Positions 9,685 to 19,817 of a DNA stretch of 64,000 bases are shown piece by piece (the first letter of the stretch is position 1; every line of letters starts with the position of its first letter). The notes below the pieces were generated by a model. The model was not told the DNA's origin. It worked only from the letters and a program-made list of their open reading frames with translations, and ran no database searches. A program made the position numbers and the translations under genes. Source of the stretch: Escherichia phage Ecwhy_1; sequence record MH791411.1, one strand, 5' to 3'.

Positions 9685-11013
9685 TTAACCAAGAGAGCGT
9701 GCTTTACGTACTAGGTCAGAGTACTTCATAACGAAGTCTTTAAACGCTGGTACATCTTTAATCGTAATCGCTACTTTATGAAGCGTGATGGTACGAATCG
9801 CCAGTACTGCCAGTTCTGCTTGAGTTGCAGAGAAGTTATGGTCTAGGAAGGTGATGAAGTTGTTGCACAGCTTACCCCAATCTTCCACTGGTAGACGTTG
9901 TTCTTGCTTCTCATTGTAGAGGTCGATAATTTTGTAAACCAGATTCAGAGTGATGAAGTAGTTCGCGGAAATATCAAGCGAAGCATCAATCTCTTTAATC
10001 TCACCCTGTAGGATGGACATGGTATCTGGTAGTTTAGCTACGTTATCAACATACTCGATGTATTCAGTTGCTACGCCTTCACCAACACGACCTGCAATCA
10101 TCGCACGGAACACTTCTTTATCAATGTTCTTAACTTTCTTCAGATCTTCGTAGCGTGCTACTGCTTCCCATGAACGTGGAGAAGTACCACCACAGTGAGA
10201 AGGATCTTGTGGGCTAAGGGTGTTGAAGTGTTTAGCACCAGTGTTGTTGATGAACGCTACAGTTGCTGGGTTCAAACGCTTACCAATCGCATAATCGTTA
10301 ATCCAATCTTGATGATAAGGAATCATTTCGATGTGGGTCATACGGTCACGCAGTGGTGTAGCTAGAGAGAACGTTACACCGCCATCAGTTTCACGGTTAC
10401 CTGCTGCGAGAATCAGTGCAGTCTTAGGTAGCTTCATCTCACCAACACAACGGTCGAGGATTAGCTGATAAGACGCTGCCTGTACAATCGGCATTGCAGA
10501 GTTGATTTCGTCAAACAGAATAACACCTTTCCAATCTGGAGACAGTTTCAGTACTTTAGGTGCTGCCCACACAACTGCTGTTTCAGCGATGTAATCTTGT
10601 GCACTAGCCAGTTCAGATTCAATCAGTTGCTTACCATCCATATCAAGGAACACTTTCTCTGGAACTGGGATACCGCGAAGGTCACTTGGTTCAATCTGAG
10701 ACAAACGGAAATCGATAAAGTTAGTGTCTTGGTCGATTAGTTTGGCTTCAAACGCTGCCAGTTCACGGCGAAGTTGATCAGCATTTTCAGTATCAGCTTC
10801 GATTTGTTGTTTCATGAACTCAATTTTTGCCACGTTATCTTTACGCAGTGGGTAGTTCTCATCAGCGTATTGACGTGCGATAGCAGATTTACCGATACCA
10901 GGGCTACCCCAAATCATCAGGCTATCTTGAATCATGTCAGCCAGTGCCATTGCTTCTTTAGCTTTCTTAGGAGTCAGTTTTACGTTCAGGATATCGTTGT
11001 TTTGAGTAGACAT
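9685..11013 (-). CDS. MoxR/CobS-like AAA+ ATPase
   Basis: 442 aa; Walker A GSPGIGKS, Walker B ILFDEIN, and overall MoxR/CobS-like arrangement; AAGGAAA RBS. Confidence 0.8.
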   Translation of the reverse strand: MSTQNNDILNVKLTPKKAKEAMALADMIQDSLMIWGSPGIGKSAIARQYADENYPLRKDNVAKIEFMKQQIEADTENADQLRRELAAFEAKLIDQDTNFIDFRLSQIEPSDLRGIPVPEKVFLDMDGKQLIESELASAQDYIAETAVVWAAPKVLKLSPDWKGVILFDEINSAMPIVQAASYQLILDRCVGEMKLPKTALILAAGNRETDGGVTFSLATPLRDRMTHIEMIPYHQDWINDYAIGKRLNPATVAFINNTGAKHFNTLSPQDPSHCGGTSPRSWEAVARYEDLKKVKNIDKEVFRAMIAGRVGEGVATEYIEYVDNVAKLPDTMSILQGEIKEIDASLDISANYFITLNLVYKIIDLYNEKQEQRLPVEDWGKLCNNFITFLDHNFSATQAELAVLAIRTITLHKVAITIKDVPAFKDFVMKYSDLVRKARSLG

Positions 11014-11079
11014 GTATATTTTCCTTTTGTTGGATAAAATCGTTTAGGTTTCTATTATAGCCAATCCGTGGGCAAAAGT

Positions 11080-11122
11080 AAAGGAACTGTGTTAAAAGAA
11101 TTTTTAACTTATCAGTTCCTTT
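11080..11122 (-). promoter_or_regulatory. 10-bp-stem hairpin in the 5' leader of the ATPase gene
   Basis: Inverted repeat aaaggaactg (11080-11089) / cagttccttt (11113-11122), 23-nt loop, between the promoters and the ATG at 11013. Confidence 0.5.
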
Positions 11123-11179
11123 GTTACTTCATGAATCATCCGTGTATTTAAAAAGGCATTTCTCTTTGCCGTCTTGATG

Positions 11180-11212
11180 TGGTCATTATATCACATCGTT
11201 CAGGCTTGTCAA
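11180..11212 (-). promoter_or_regulatory. sigma70-type promoter P1 (consensus -35/-10, extended -10, A-rich UP-like tract)
   Basis: Minus strand reads TTGACA (plus 11207-11212), 16-nt spacer, TGaTATAAT (plus 11185-11193); A-rich tract upstream of -35. Confidence 0.55.
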
Positions 11213-11271
11213 CAACTTTTTTATTTCTTTTTCAATCTCACATCTTGTGATTTTGAAAACTTGCTTCGTGG

Positions 11272-11304
11272 TGGTCATTATAACACATCATTCGGCGTTG
11301 TCAA
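11272..11304 (-). promoter_or_regulatory. sigma70-type promoter P2 (tandem copy of P1)
   Basis: Minus strand reads TTGACA (plus 11299-11304), 16-nt spacer, TGtTATAAT (plus 11277-11285); part of a ~60-bp direct repeat with P1. Confidence 0.55.
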
Positions 11305-11329
11305 CATCTTTTTTTCTTTATTTTCGAAG

Positions 11330-11707
11330 CTACATGTGCATCGAAAATAACATTCTAAAATCATCACCACACAATGTTAACTCTGTAACTATCATTGCGT
11401 CCGAGAGGTATATGTACTGCCCTTCTACATAGTAGGGTGAAGTACATATCCTATCAAGCGATGTAAAGATTATAGAACTTTTGAACTCTCTTTGCAAGGG
11501 GATTTTTGTAAATTCGTAAAGAATGTTTTCTTTACAAATTGTATATCCAAACTTGCTAAGTCTTAAACCACCGCCAGTTCTGAAATTTTCAAAAATTGAC
11601 ATCAGAAGCATACGGTCTGTTAATTCAGCGTCTGATCCATGTACTTCTCTAACTTTTAAAAGTACATCGTTTTGAAATTCAGTACTGTTGTGTGGTTCAG
11701 GAATCAT
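11330..11707 (-). CDS. hypothetical protein
   Basis: 125-aa ORF ending just upstream of the tandem promoters. Confidence 0.45.
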   Translation of the reverse strand: MIPEPHNSTEFQNDVLLKVREVHGSDAELTDRMLLMSIFENFRTGGGLRLSKFGYTICKENILYEFTKIPLQREFKSSIIFTSLDRICTSPYYVEGQYIYLSDAMIVTELTLCGDDFRMLFSMHM

Positions 11708-11710
11708 AAA

Positions 11711-12103
11711 TTACATCCCCACGAAACCCTGTCTTGCTGCATATGAAGGAGCATCTTTAACTTTATAGTCTTGGACACCATCTTTACCAATTTTCGGACC
11801 CATATCTTTGGTTCCGAAGCAGCAATCAGTGGATTCATCAACTTCTTCAGTACTTTCATCATTATATCGAACATCCGATAAAATGTCACACGCTTTTTGA
11901 AGCTTTTCTACGATTTCTTTTTGATCTTCACCTGATTTAACCTTATCCACAATGTGGATAAGGCATTCGGTGATATCTTTAAGTAAATCGGTGGCAACAG
12001 CATCAGAAGGAGTCTCAACTGCAAAACTTTCTTCTTCAGTAGATTCTTCACTAGAAGTGATTTCATCTAATGCTTCAACCAATTCACGATAATTATATCC
12101 CAT
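11711..12103 (-). CDS. hypothetical acidic protein
   Basis: 130 aa, Glu/Asp-rich; ATG at 12103 abuts the stop of the upstream gene. Confidence 0.5.
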   Translation of the reverse strand: MGYNYRELVEALDEITSSEESTEEESFAVETPSDAVATDLLKDITECLIHIVDKVKSGEDQKEIVEKLQKACDILSDVRYNDESTEEVDESTDCCFGTKDMGPKIGKDGVQDYKVKDAPSYAARQGFVGM

Positions 12104-12104
12104 C

Positions 12105-13097
12105 TTATTTGTCCCCTAGAAATTGTTGATATTTCTTCTGGAGACTTTCGAAAATGTCTTCGACTTCTTCATCGCTTTCATCTTCTAGTTCTTCGTTACC
12201 TTCCACTGACTCATCACTCTCATTAACATTGAGTGGGTTGTCACCTAGAGCAGTACCTGGAAACTTAGGTTCAAATTTGTGAACACGGTTCTCGTTACCG
12301 TCATTGTCATAGTACTCTGGTTCAGGACGATTGTCAACATCTTCATCAACGACACGTCTCCAGTAGAACTTGTTACCCTTGGTAATAACAACAAAGTGGT
12401 CACCTTCTACACCATTAGTTTTAGCTTGACCGTCACGAACAGCATCAGCTTCAGTGTTGTAAGGACCAAAATCAGTACTGTCACCTTGTTCTTCATCTTC
12501 AGAGATGGTTAGGTCTGGTAGGAAAGTGTTTTCTTCAACTTTAACTTCAGTATCTGGGTTACCTTCTACTGAATATTCATCTTCTGGTTCGTCTTGAAGA
12601 CCAGCTAGAGATAGCATACGACTGAAATCGAATTCTTCTTCGATGATTTCTTCTTCTTCTTCCTCTTCTTCAACTGATTCTAGTTGAGGTTGACCGGAAA
12701 GATCTAAAGAAAACTCTTCTTCATCTGCAACACCAGGCTCTTCGAACTCTGCATCCATACTTACTTCTTCAGAATCACCACCAAAATCACCAGCTTCAGC
12801 AGATAGTGAGTCAGCAGCTACTTCCAATGGGTCTTCAACTGGTGCATCAATCGCACCATCCATTGTACCACCAACTTCTTCTTCAGCACCCGCACCAATG
12901 GAATCCATGTCGAGTGGAGCGATTGGTGGTAGAGAAGGGGTCATAGACCCCATAGAAGGAACTGGAGCAGCAACAGGAGAAGCTTGACGCTCTGCTTGAC
13001 CAGCTAATGCAAGCATACGAGATAGTGTTTCTAGATCTTCAGATTCTAGACCTGCGATATCGATTTTAACTTGTGCTTCATTAATTTTTTTAGCCAT
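12105..13097 (-). CDS. highly acidic low-complexity protein (poly-Glu tract; repeated SRML[AS]LAG motif)
   Basis: 330 aa; run EEEEEEEEIIEEE; motif LSRMLALAGQ and FSRMLSLAGLQ occur twice; AAGGA RBS and ATG. Confidence 0.6.
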   Translation of the reverse strand: MAKKINEAQVKIDIAGLESEDLETLSRMLALAGQAERQASPVAAPVPSMGSMTPSLPPIAPLDMDSIGAGAEEEVGGTMDGAIDAPVEDPLEVAADSLSAEAGDFGGDSEEVSMDAEFEEPGVADEEEFSLDLSGQPQLESVEEEEEEEEIIEEEFDFSRMLSLAGLQDEPEDEYSVEGNPDTEVKVEENTFLPDLTISEDEEQGDSTDFGPYNTEADAVRDGQAKTNGVEGDHFVVITKGNKFYWRRVVDEDVDNRPEPEYYDNDGNENRVHKFEPKFPGTALGDNPLNVNESDESVEGNEELEDESDEEVEDIFESLQKKYQQFLGDK

Positions 13098-13119
13098 TTT
13101 AAATAAATCCTTTTAGTTA

Positions 13120-14631
13120 TCAATCATTCTTATTTAATGATTTTAAAATTTGCACTGTTTCATCCTTTTTACCAGATAGTAAAATGTCAGCAGCAATTAG
13201 AGAAACCTCATCACCACGCGTTAAGAGTACTGTAATTTTCTTAGCGTAAGGTGATTCTTTAATTCGTGAAGCCAATGATTGAACTTCATCACCAGGAGCA
13301 GGAACTTCAGGTTCTGGCTCTGATACAGGTTCTGGTTCTTTAGTAGGTTCAGCTTTTGGTTCAACTACATCAGTACTTGATACTTCAGCATCTACTTTCT
13401 CTTCAGGTTCTTCTTCTTTCTTATCAGCATGTTCTGCATCATAACGAGCAAGAATGTCATCAGCAGTTGATTTTGGAATCAATTTACCTTCTGCACTGAT
13501 AAAGCGGTTACCACCGATATAAGAATACTCTGTGCCTTTCTTAGATTTTACTTTAGTTCCGATTTTCATTGCACCAGAACTGTTATGGCGAATTATATCA
13601 CGTTGAGCAGCACGTTCAACACTTTTTGCAGCACTAGAATTTAGTTGTTTTTTAGTTTCTACATCAAACCATGCATTTTTTTGTTTAATGTATGTTTTAC
13701 CTTTATTTGAAGTAATGCGGTAACCATGTGGAACCACAACAGATTCAGTTTCTTCAATCTCTTCATCTGCTTCATTAATGGATTCTTTTGTTGCGAATAC
13801 TGGCTGTTTTACTGGTTGTTTAGGTTGTTCTGGCTTTTCACCTGAACCAAAACGTTGTTCACCTGATTCATGATCACCAGTTAGTGAAGGAAAATCACCA
13901 GGGTTAGCCTTAACAAATTGCTGATATGCATTAAAGATTACATGTGCATTTTGTTCTGGAATTACAACATTACCATCATTATCACAAAATTCTTTACCAT
14001 TCCATTCTGAACGAGTATTACCTTGTACTAATGTAGATTTAATTGGAATTAGTTTGTTTTTTGGTGCTAATTGGCGAGCAATACGCATACCTTCATCGGA
14101 AAGTTTACGTGTCATTGCTGGGTCAACTGGACGTCCAGATTTTGCATCAACAAAACGGTGATTTTTAGGGATGAATTTAAATCCACTAACTTCCATACCT
14201 GCTGGAATAGAAATATCATCAGCATATGGTGGAAGGATATAGAATTTTAGGGAGTTCCATTCTTTTTGTAGAGTTTCTTTTGAAACATTATATACACGGT
14301 GGTCATCTGCCATTAGTTCAGTGATAATTTCACTTTCAGTTAGTAGAATTCCATCTTTAGAATTGAAACGATTTTCACCAAGAAATGTACACTCTTTACC
14401 TTCAAGAATATATTTTTTACCAATTTTATATTCACTAGAAGATAGATTGTGCTCAACAATCTGTTGTCGAGCACTTGCGTACATGGATGGGTATTTTTTA
14501 GGGTCTACCATTAACATATTATTGTCGTTAAACCAGAAACCTTCTAGAAATACATATTTGCCACCAGTGTGAGAAGTATATACATATCCATTAGGTACTG
14601 TGGTAGTTTCAGTACTGAAAAAATTATCCAT
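13120..14631 (-). CDS. hypothetical protein with four internal small-domain repeats
   Basis: Track ORF 13120..14673; the ATG at 14631 (MDNFFSTE) has an AAGGAG RBS. Four related segments (GGKYVFLEGFWF, KIGKKYILEGKECTFLGENRF, GKTYIKQKNAWF, KKGTEYSYIGGNRF). Confidence 0.55.
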   Translation of the reverse strand: MDNFFSTETTTVPNGYVYTSHTGGKYVFLEGFWFNDNNMLMVDPKKYPSMYASARQQIVEHNLSSSEYKIGKKYILEGKECTFLGENRFNSKDGILLTESEIITELMADDHRVYNVSKETLQKEWNSLKFYILPPYADDISIPAGMEVSGFKFIPKNHRFVDAKSGRPVDPAMTRKLSDEGMRIARQLAPKNKLIPIKSTLVQGNTRSEWNGKEFCDNDGNVVIPEQNAHVIFNAYQQFVKANPGDFPSLTGDHESGEQRFGSGEKPEQPKQPVKQPVFATKESINEADEEIEETESVVVPHGYRITSNKGKTYIKQKNAWFDVETKKQLNSSAAKSVERAAQRDIIRHNSSGAMKIGTKVKSKKGTEYSYIGGNRFISAEGKLIPKSTADDILARYDAEHADKKEEEPEEKVDAEVSSTDVVEPKAEPTKEPEPVSEPEPEVPAPGDEVQSLASRIKESPYAKKITVLLTRGDEVSLIAADILLSGKKDETVQILKSLNKND

Positions 14632-14644
14632 GTGTTGATTCTCC

Positions 14645-15190
14645 TTAAGAAAGCATACGCAAAAGTTGTTCACGCTGCTCTGGACTTAATTTTTGTAGAG
14701 CATCAGGGATACTAGAACCTTGTGCTTTTGGCTGTTCCTGTGGTGCTGGTTGTGGAGCATTGTCAGGTTGAGCTTGTGGTGCAGGACGTTGTTGTTCTTC
14801 ACCTTTATCATCATCACGATAATCATTCATCAAGTCACGTGCTGCTGCCAATAGAGCAGAACCAACATCTTTAGGAGTAAAAGTACGACGACTGTTATTT
14901 CCCAGGTGTTTTATATCAAGGTTATTTCCTTTGAAGAATTGTGCAACATCAGCATATGGTACTGATGGCTGTGCTTTACCGTATTTGCGACCAACATAGC
15001 GTTTAAATTCAGCCCAAAGACGGTTTGCTTCTGCACCAACTTCTTGTGCACCTTGTTCTACTTGACCACTACCGAAAAAGCCTTTTACTTTTCCTTTTGC
15101 ACTATCTACTGCACTTTGTGAACGACTATATGGACGAGCTTCATTTAGCTCTTCATCATTATAGTCTAACATTTCATTAAGTATACTCAT
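14645..15190 (-). CDS. hypothetical protein (Gln/Pro-rich, C-terminal LLRMLS motif)
   Basis: 181-aa ORF; C-terminus EQREQLLRMLS resembles the SRMLxLAG motif of the neighbouring acidic protein. Confidence 0.5.
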   Translation of the reverse strand: MSILNEMLDYNDEELNEARPYSRSQSAVDSAKGKVKGFFGSGQVEQGAQEVGAEANRLWAEFKRYVGRKYGKAQPSVPYADVAQFFKGNNLDIKHLGNNSRRTFTPKDVGSALLAAARDLMNDYRDDDKGEEQQRPAPQAQPDNAPQPAPQEQPKAQGSSIPDALQKLSPEQREQLLRMLS

Positions 15191-15193
15191 GTC

Positions 15194-15727
15194 TCAATCC
15201 TTTTTACCAAAACCAGCACTCATATATTGAGAGTATTTATTGTCACTTTTAACTGCTTCAATCGCATCTTTAACTGCGGTTACAGCACGTTCTTCACCAG
15301 CTAAATCATGGCTGTCTTCTGGTTTGCCAAAATCAACACCAATTACTGGTTCGTAATCGTCAAAGTCAATATCATCTTCGAGTTCGGTCATTTCTTGTTG
15401 ACGTGGTTCATCTTTACTACGTACACGGATTAGAGCTTCAGTCATACTTAGTAGGTTGCCAATTTCATACATTAGTACGTTTGATTGAACACCACGGTGG
15501 CATTTGAAATCAAACATCCAAATTTCACCACAATCTAATTCATAAAAATCTAGTGGTCTTTCCATGAAAATAGTTTTCTTTAGTGCACCAATATCAAATG
15601 CATCATAACGATCCATTAGGCGTTGTGATACTTTACTTAGTTGCTCATTGGTAGGTTCAACTGCAAACTTGACTCGGTATTCAAAAACTGGTTTTTTATC
15701 CGTTAGGATTTGTTGTAATCTATTCAT
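15194..15727 (-). CDS. hypothetical protein
   Basis: 177-aa ORF, acidic C-terminal half. Confidence 0.5.
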   Translation of the reverse strand: MNRLQQILTDKKPVFEYRVKFAVEPTNEQLSKVSQRLMDRYDAFDIGALKKTIFMERPLDFYELDCGEIWMFDFKCHRGVQSNVLMYEIGNLLSMTEALIRVRSKDEPRQQEMTELEDDIDFDDYEPVIGVDFGKPEDSHDLAGEERAVTAVKDAIEAVKSDNKYSQYMSAGFGKKD

Positions 15728-15754
15728 TTTAATAACTCCATAAGGTCGTTTAAG

Positions 15755-16771
<1,017 letters not shown>

Positions 16772-17866
16772 TTAAAAATCTCCTAATATGTTACCTAATC
16801 CGAATTTTGAGCTTGCAGAAGAAACGATGCTTCCTAAACCAATAGCATTTGCACCTCTTGTCACTGCGGAACCTATGTTTCGGATGGTATCAGGAGTAAT
16901 GTCACCACGAAGGATATCACCAGCACTACTGATTATATCACTAACTGATGTTCCTGCTCGGATAATTTTACCAACTGTCGAAATTCCTTTAGTTTTGTCA
17001 TCAAGTTCACCAAAGTACTTAAAGAATCCACTCACACCAAGACCTTCAGTATCGGTGATGAGTTGTGCAATTTCCATTGTAGGGACACCAATACTCAAGT
17101 ACCCTTCAGGACCAAAGTTGTTACACGCTTCATAACGCATAGTCAAAGATAATAGTGCTGGGTCACCTTCACTTTCCATAGATTTAGTTTCTAATTGTAT
17201 ATCTTCGATGAATACATTTATCATGTTATGAACTGTATAGGTTTCATTATCAATTTCATAGATATTAATTGATTTGAAAAAGTACTGGTTGTCGTAGTTA
17301 CCATTGTTCATTACAGAACGACCCCAGTTTCCACCTAAACCATTGAAATTTTCGGGTGTACTGAGTACGTCATTTCGGTAAGATTGTGGGTTCTTGTCAA
17401 AGAAGTCACCATAGTAGAACTTACGATATGCGTCCATTAGGAGATATCCAGCACCATCAACAGTATCGTAGAAGACAACATTACTTGGTTTATAAACAAT
17501 ATCACCAGTAACTAAACGTTTTTTGTTGTATTGGTTTACGGTTTCAACACTAAAAGAAAAACTAGGAAGTGTTACATCTTTTACAAAGCACGATACATTA
17601 TTAACATCAAAATCAGTATGTGTATCTGGGAGTTGGGTTTTAATAAAGTTCTTTGCGAACGGGGTTAGTACAAATTCGATAATAAAACTGTTCTTAAATT
17701 TTGGTAAATTATAGAATGAAAAACCCATTTCACCTGCTGTACCAAACACACGTTGTGCAGCGTTATAATTCTCAAAAGCTGGTTCTCTAATGATGTTGAT
17801 ATTGTCAATAACACCATTAACTATACTAGTTCCAGTACTGACAAATGAATCAAAAAAATCACTCAT
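16772..17866 (-). CDS. tail-tube-fold protein with C-terminal extension (possible tube initiator/baseplate-proximal)
   Basis: 364 aa; segments PKFKNSFIIEFVL and VKDVTLPSFSFSVETVNQYNKKRLVTGDIVYKPSNVVFYD parallel the PKAKYKFRV and RDSVGNASAKAL regions of the two upstream tube genes. Confidence 0.5.
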   Translation of the reverse strand: MSDFFDSFVSTGTSIVNGVIDNINIIREPAFENYNAAQRVFGTAGEMGFSFYNLPKFKNSFIIEFVLTPFAKNFIKTQLPDTHTDFDVNNVSCFVKDVTLPSFSFSVETVNQYNKKRLVTGDIVYKPSNVVFYDTVDGAGYLLMDAYRKFYYGDFFDKNPQSYRNDVLSTPENFNGLGGNWGRSVMNNGNYDNQYFFKSINIYEIDNETYTVHNMINVFIEDIQLETKSMESEGDPALLSLTMRYEACNNFGPEGYLSIGVPTMEIAQLITDTEGLGVSGFFKYFGELDDKTKGISTVGKIIRAGTSVSDIISSAGDILRGDITPDTIRNIGSAVTRGANAIGLGSIVSSASSKFGLGNILGDF

Positions 17867-17877
17867 GGGTTATCTCC

Positions 17878-18654
17878 TTATAATCCAATGCTACCGAAAA
17901 CACGGTCAATGATATCTAATCCTTGGTTTACGTTTTCAGGTAAAAGTGAATTTATTCTAGTACTGTACATTTCTTCGATATTATCGAATTGGATACAATT
18001 ATCAGGTTTTATTGTAATAACCATTTCAACAGGAGAACTTGAACTATAGTCAAGTGAATCATATGATATATTTTGTATAACACATCCTGTTAGTACAAAG
18101 TACTCCATAACGCCAGCACTATTGTATGATGAACCACCAATGAACTGATCAACAGCGTTGACTAATCCAGTATTGTTGGTAGCGGCAGTTGTTGCATTAA
18201 CTAATGTGTTTCTTCCCAAGTCTTCTAGTGTATCATCAGAGTTGCGACCATTCAACATCTGAATGACAATTCCGAACTTATATGAACCATAATCATGGTC
18301 AGTTCTGGAAGTAATTCTTCGTTGAAAATCTAATTGTTTCTGTAATTGTCTTGACAAGGCTTTTGCTGATGCATTACCAACTGAATCACGGATAGTTAAA
18401 GTAATTGGGTCCCAATCGTGACTACCAATGTAAGATGTATTTGTTGTAAATTGATATAGTTTATGAGTACTGAAAGTAACAGTAGGTCTATCAACTTTAT
18501 CAACATCTAATGCAATGTGATCACGCTCATCTATATCAGTACCGAAATTATATACAATAACACGAAATTTGTATTTTGCTTTCGGTTGTAACATTGAACG
18601 GTTACGTCCTGATGGTAGAGGAACGCCATATTTATTAATCATGTTATTTGCCAT
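17878..18654 (-). CDS. tail tube protein, paralogue B
   Basis: 258 aa; shares YGVPL, QPKAKYKFRV and RDSVGNASAKAL with the adjacent tube gene; AAGAGG RBS. Confidence 0.7.
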   Translation of the reverse strand: MANNMINKYGVPLPSGRNRSMLQPKAKYKFRVIVYNFGTDIDERDHIALDVDKVDRPTVTFSTHKLYQFTTNTSYIGSHDWDPITLTIRDSVGNASAKALSRQLQKQLDFQRRITSRTDHDYGSYKFGIVIQMLNGRNSDDTLEDLGRNTLVNATTAATNNTGLVNAVDQFIGGSSYNSAGVMEYFVLTGCVIQNISYDSLDYSSSSPVEMVITIKPDNCIQFDNIEEMYSTRINSLLPENVNQGLDIIDRVFGSIGL

Positions 18655-18697
18655 AGCAACCTCTTTTATTTTATAAGGTATTATACTTTATTTAGCA

Positions 18698-18725
18698 TAA
18701 AAAAAGCCCCGAACTAGTTCGAGGC
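18698..18725 (-). terminator. rho-independent terminator between the two tube genes
   Basis: Stem gccccgaact/agttcgaggc (18706-18725, one mismatch); on the minus strand followed by a run of 7-8 U. Confidence 0.7.
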
Positions 18726-18743
18726 TTACGTTTAAAAGAAAAA

Positions 18744-19430
18744 TTAATTTTCGTAGAAGTTACTATCTGGTAGAGTAGTACTACTAATGTTGGTTTGTGC
18801 ACCACTAATAGAGGTAGCAGTGGATGGGTTACCGAAACCAGTAATTTCATCACCGAACGCTTCACCATTAGGACCGAGTTTTGCACAGCCGTCTGGTTGA
18901 ATTGTCATAGAAATAACTTGTGCTTCACTTGAGGAATAATCCCAGTCACCAAAGTTACTAGATTCGATAAAGCAGCCTTGACATACCCAAGTACTCAAAG
19001 TACCTTCAAAAAGGTTAGAAGTGTTTTCACTATTGGAGCCATCTAGCTCTTGAATCCACATTTCAAATTTGAACTGGGAATCAGTCATACGAGATTCTTG
19101 ACTGTAATAGTTAAATTCTTTACGCATTTGGTTATAAAGAGCTTTAGCAGAAGCATTACCAACTGAATCACGGAAAGCCACATCAATAGTATCCCAAGTA
19201 TACTTACCTTTATAGTGAGCAGAACTGTTATAACTATGCACAGTGACGTTTTCATGTGATACAGATACAGCACCAACGGTGTTGGTATCTAGGGTAATCA
19301 TATTGCCATCGTCGTTAGCACCGAAGCCAAAGAAAACAACACGGAATTTATATTTTGCTTTAGGTTGTTTCATAGAGATACGACCACCGCCAGCGAGCGG
19401 AACGCCATATCGATCAAGCATTGTAGCCAT
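18744..19430 (-). CDS. tail tube protein, paralogue A (probable major tube protein)
   Basis: 228 aa; AGGAG RBS; first gene after the sheath and followed by a strong terminator, as expected for an abundant structural protein. Confidence 0.75.
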   Translation of the reverse strand: MATMLDRYGVPLAGGGRISMKQPKAKYKFRVVFFGFGANDDGNMITLDTNTVGAVSVSHENVTVHSYNSSAHYKGKYTWDTIDVAFRDSVGNASAKALYNQMRKEFNYYSQESRMTDSQFKFEMWIQELDGSNSENTSNLFEGTLSTWVCQGCFIESSNFGDWDYSSSEAQVISMTIQPDGCAKLGPNGEAFGDEITGFGNPSTATSISGAQTNISSTTLPDSNFYEN

Positions 19431-19486
19431 TTATATTCTCCTGTTATGGAATGACATCTTTATATTATTTATCTATTACTTACACT

Positions 19487-19733
19487 TTTATTGAAGTATC
19501 TCATCAACAGGAAACCAATCTATATTCACACAATACAAGTACTTTTTTTCTTGTTTATGATCTGTATAGTTTACACCAACCGACCATTTACCATTTGTGT
19601 AAACATTGTATTCTCGAATTATACCGACAATGTTCCAAATTTTGTATAAAAGCTTTAAGGATTTTTACGGCATCGTCCTGTGTTGCTACAGTTTTACTTA
19701 CATCTTGTAATGTTTTTTTAAGTATTTCTTCCA
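19487..19733 (-). pseudogene. small ORF with apparent frame break between sheath and tube genes
   Basis: ATG at 19733 with AGGA RBS; this frame stops at 19587-19589, and a second frame stays open to 19487 with protein-like sequence (YNVYTNGKWSVGVNYTDHK). Could be a frameshifted gene, a programmed shift or a sequence error. Confidence 0.3.
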
Positions 19734-19781
19734 TATTATTCCTGATCGTTGAATTAATAACATAACGTATTTAATTTTAAA

Positions 19782-19810
19782 CAATAAAAAAGGGAACCAA
19801 AAGGTTCCCT
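19782..19810 (-). terminator. rho-independent terminator after the sheath gene
   Basis: Hairpin agggaacc-aaaa-ggttccct (19791-19810); on the minus strand followed by ttttttatt. Confidence 0.7.
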
Positions 19811-19817
19811 TAGTGTT

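Noticed and set aside
19451-19765. Plus-strand 104-aa ORF in the sheath-tube spacer
   Set aside because: No RBS, low-complexity sequence, and the minus strand carries a better-initiated (though frame-broken) ORF in the same interval.
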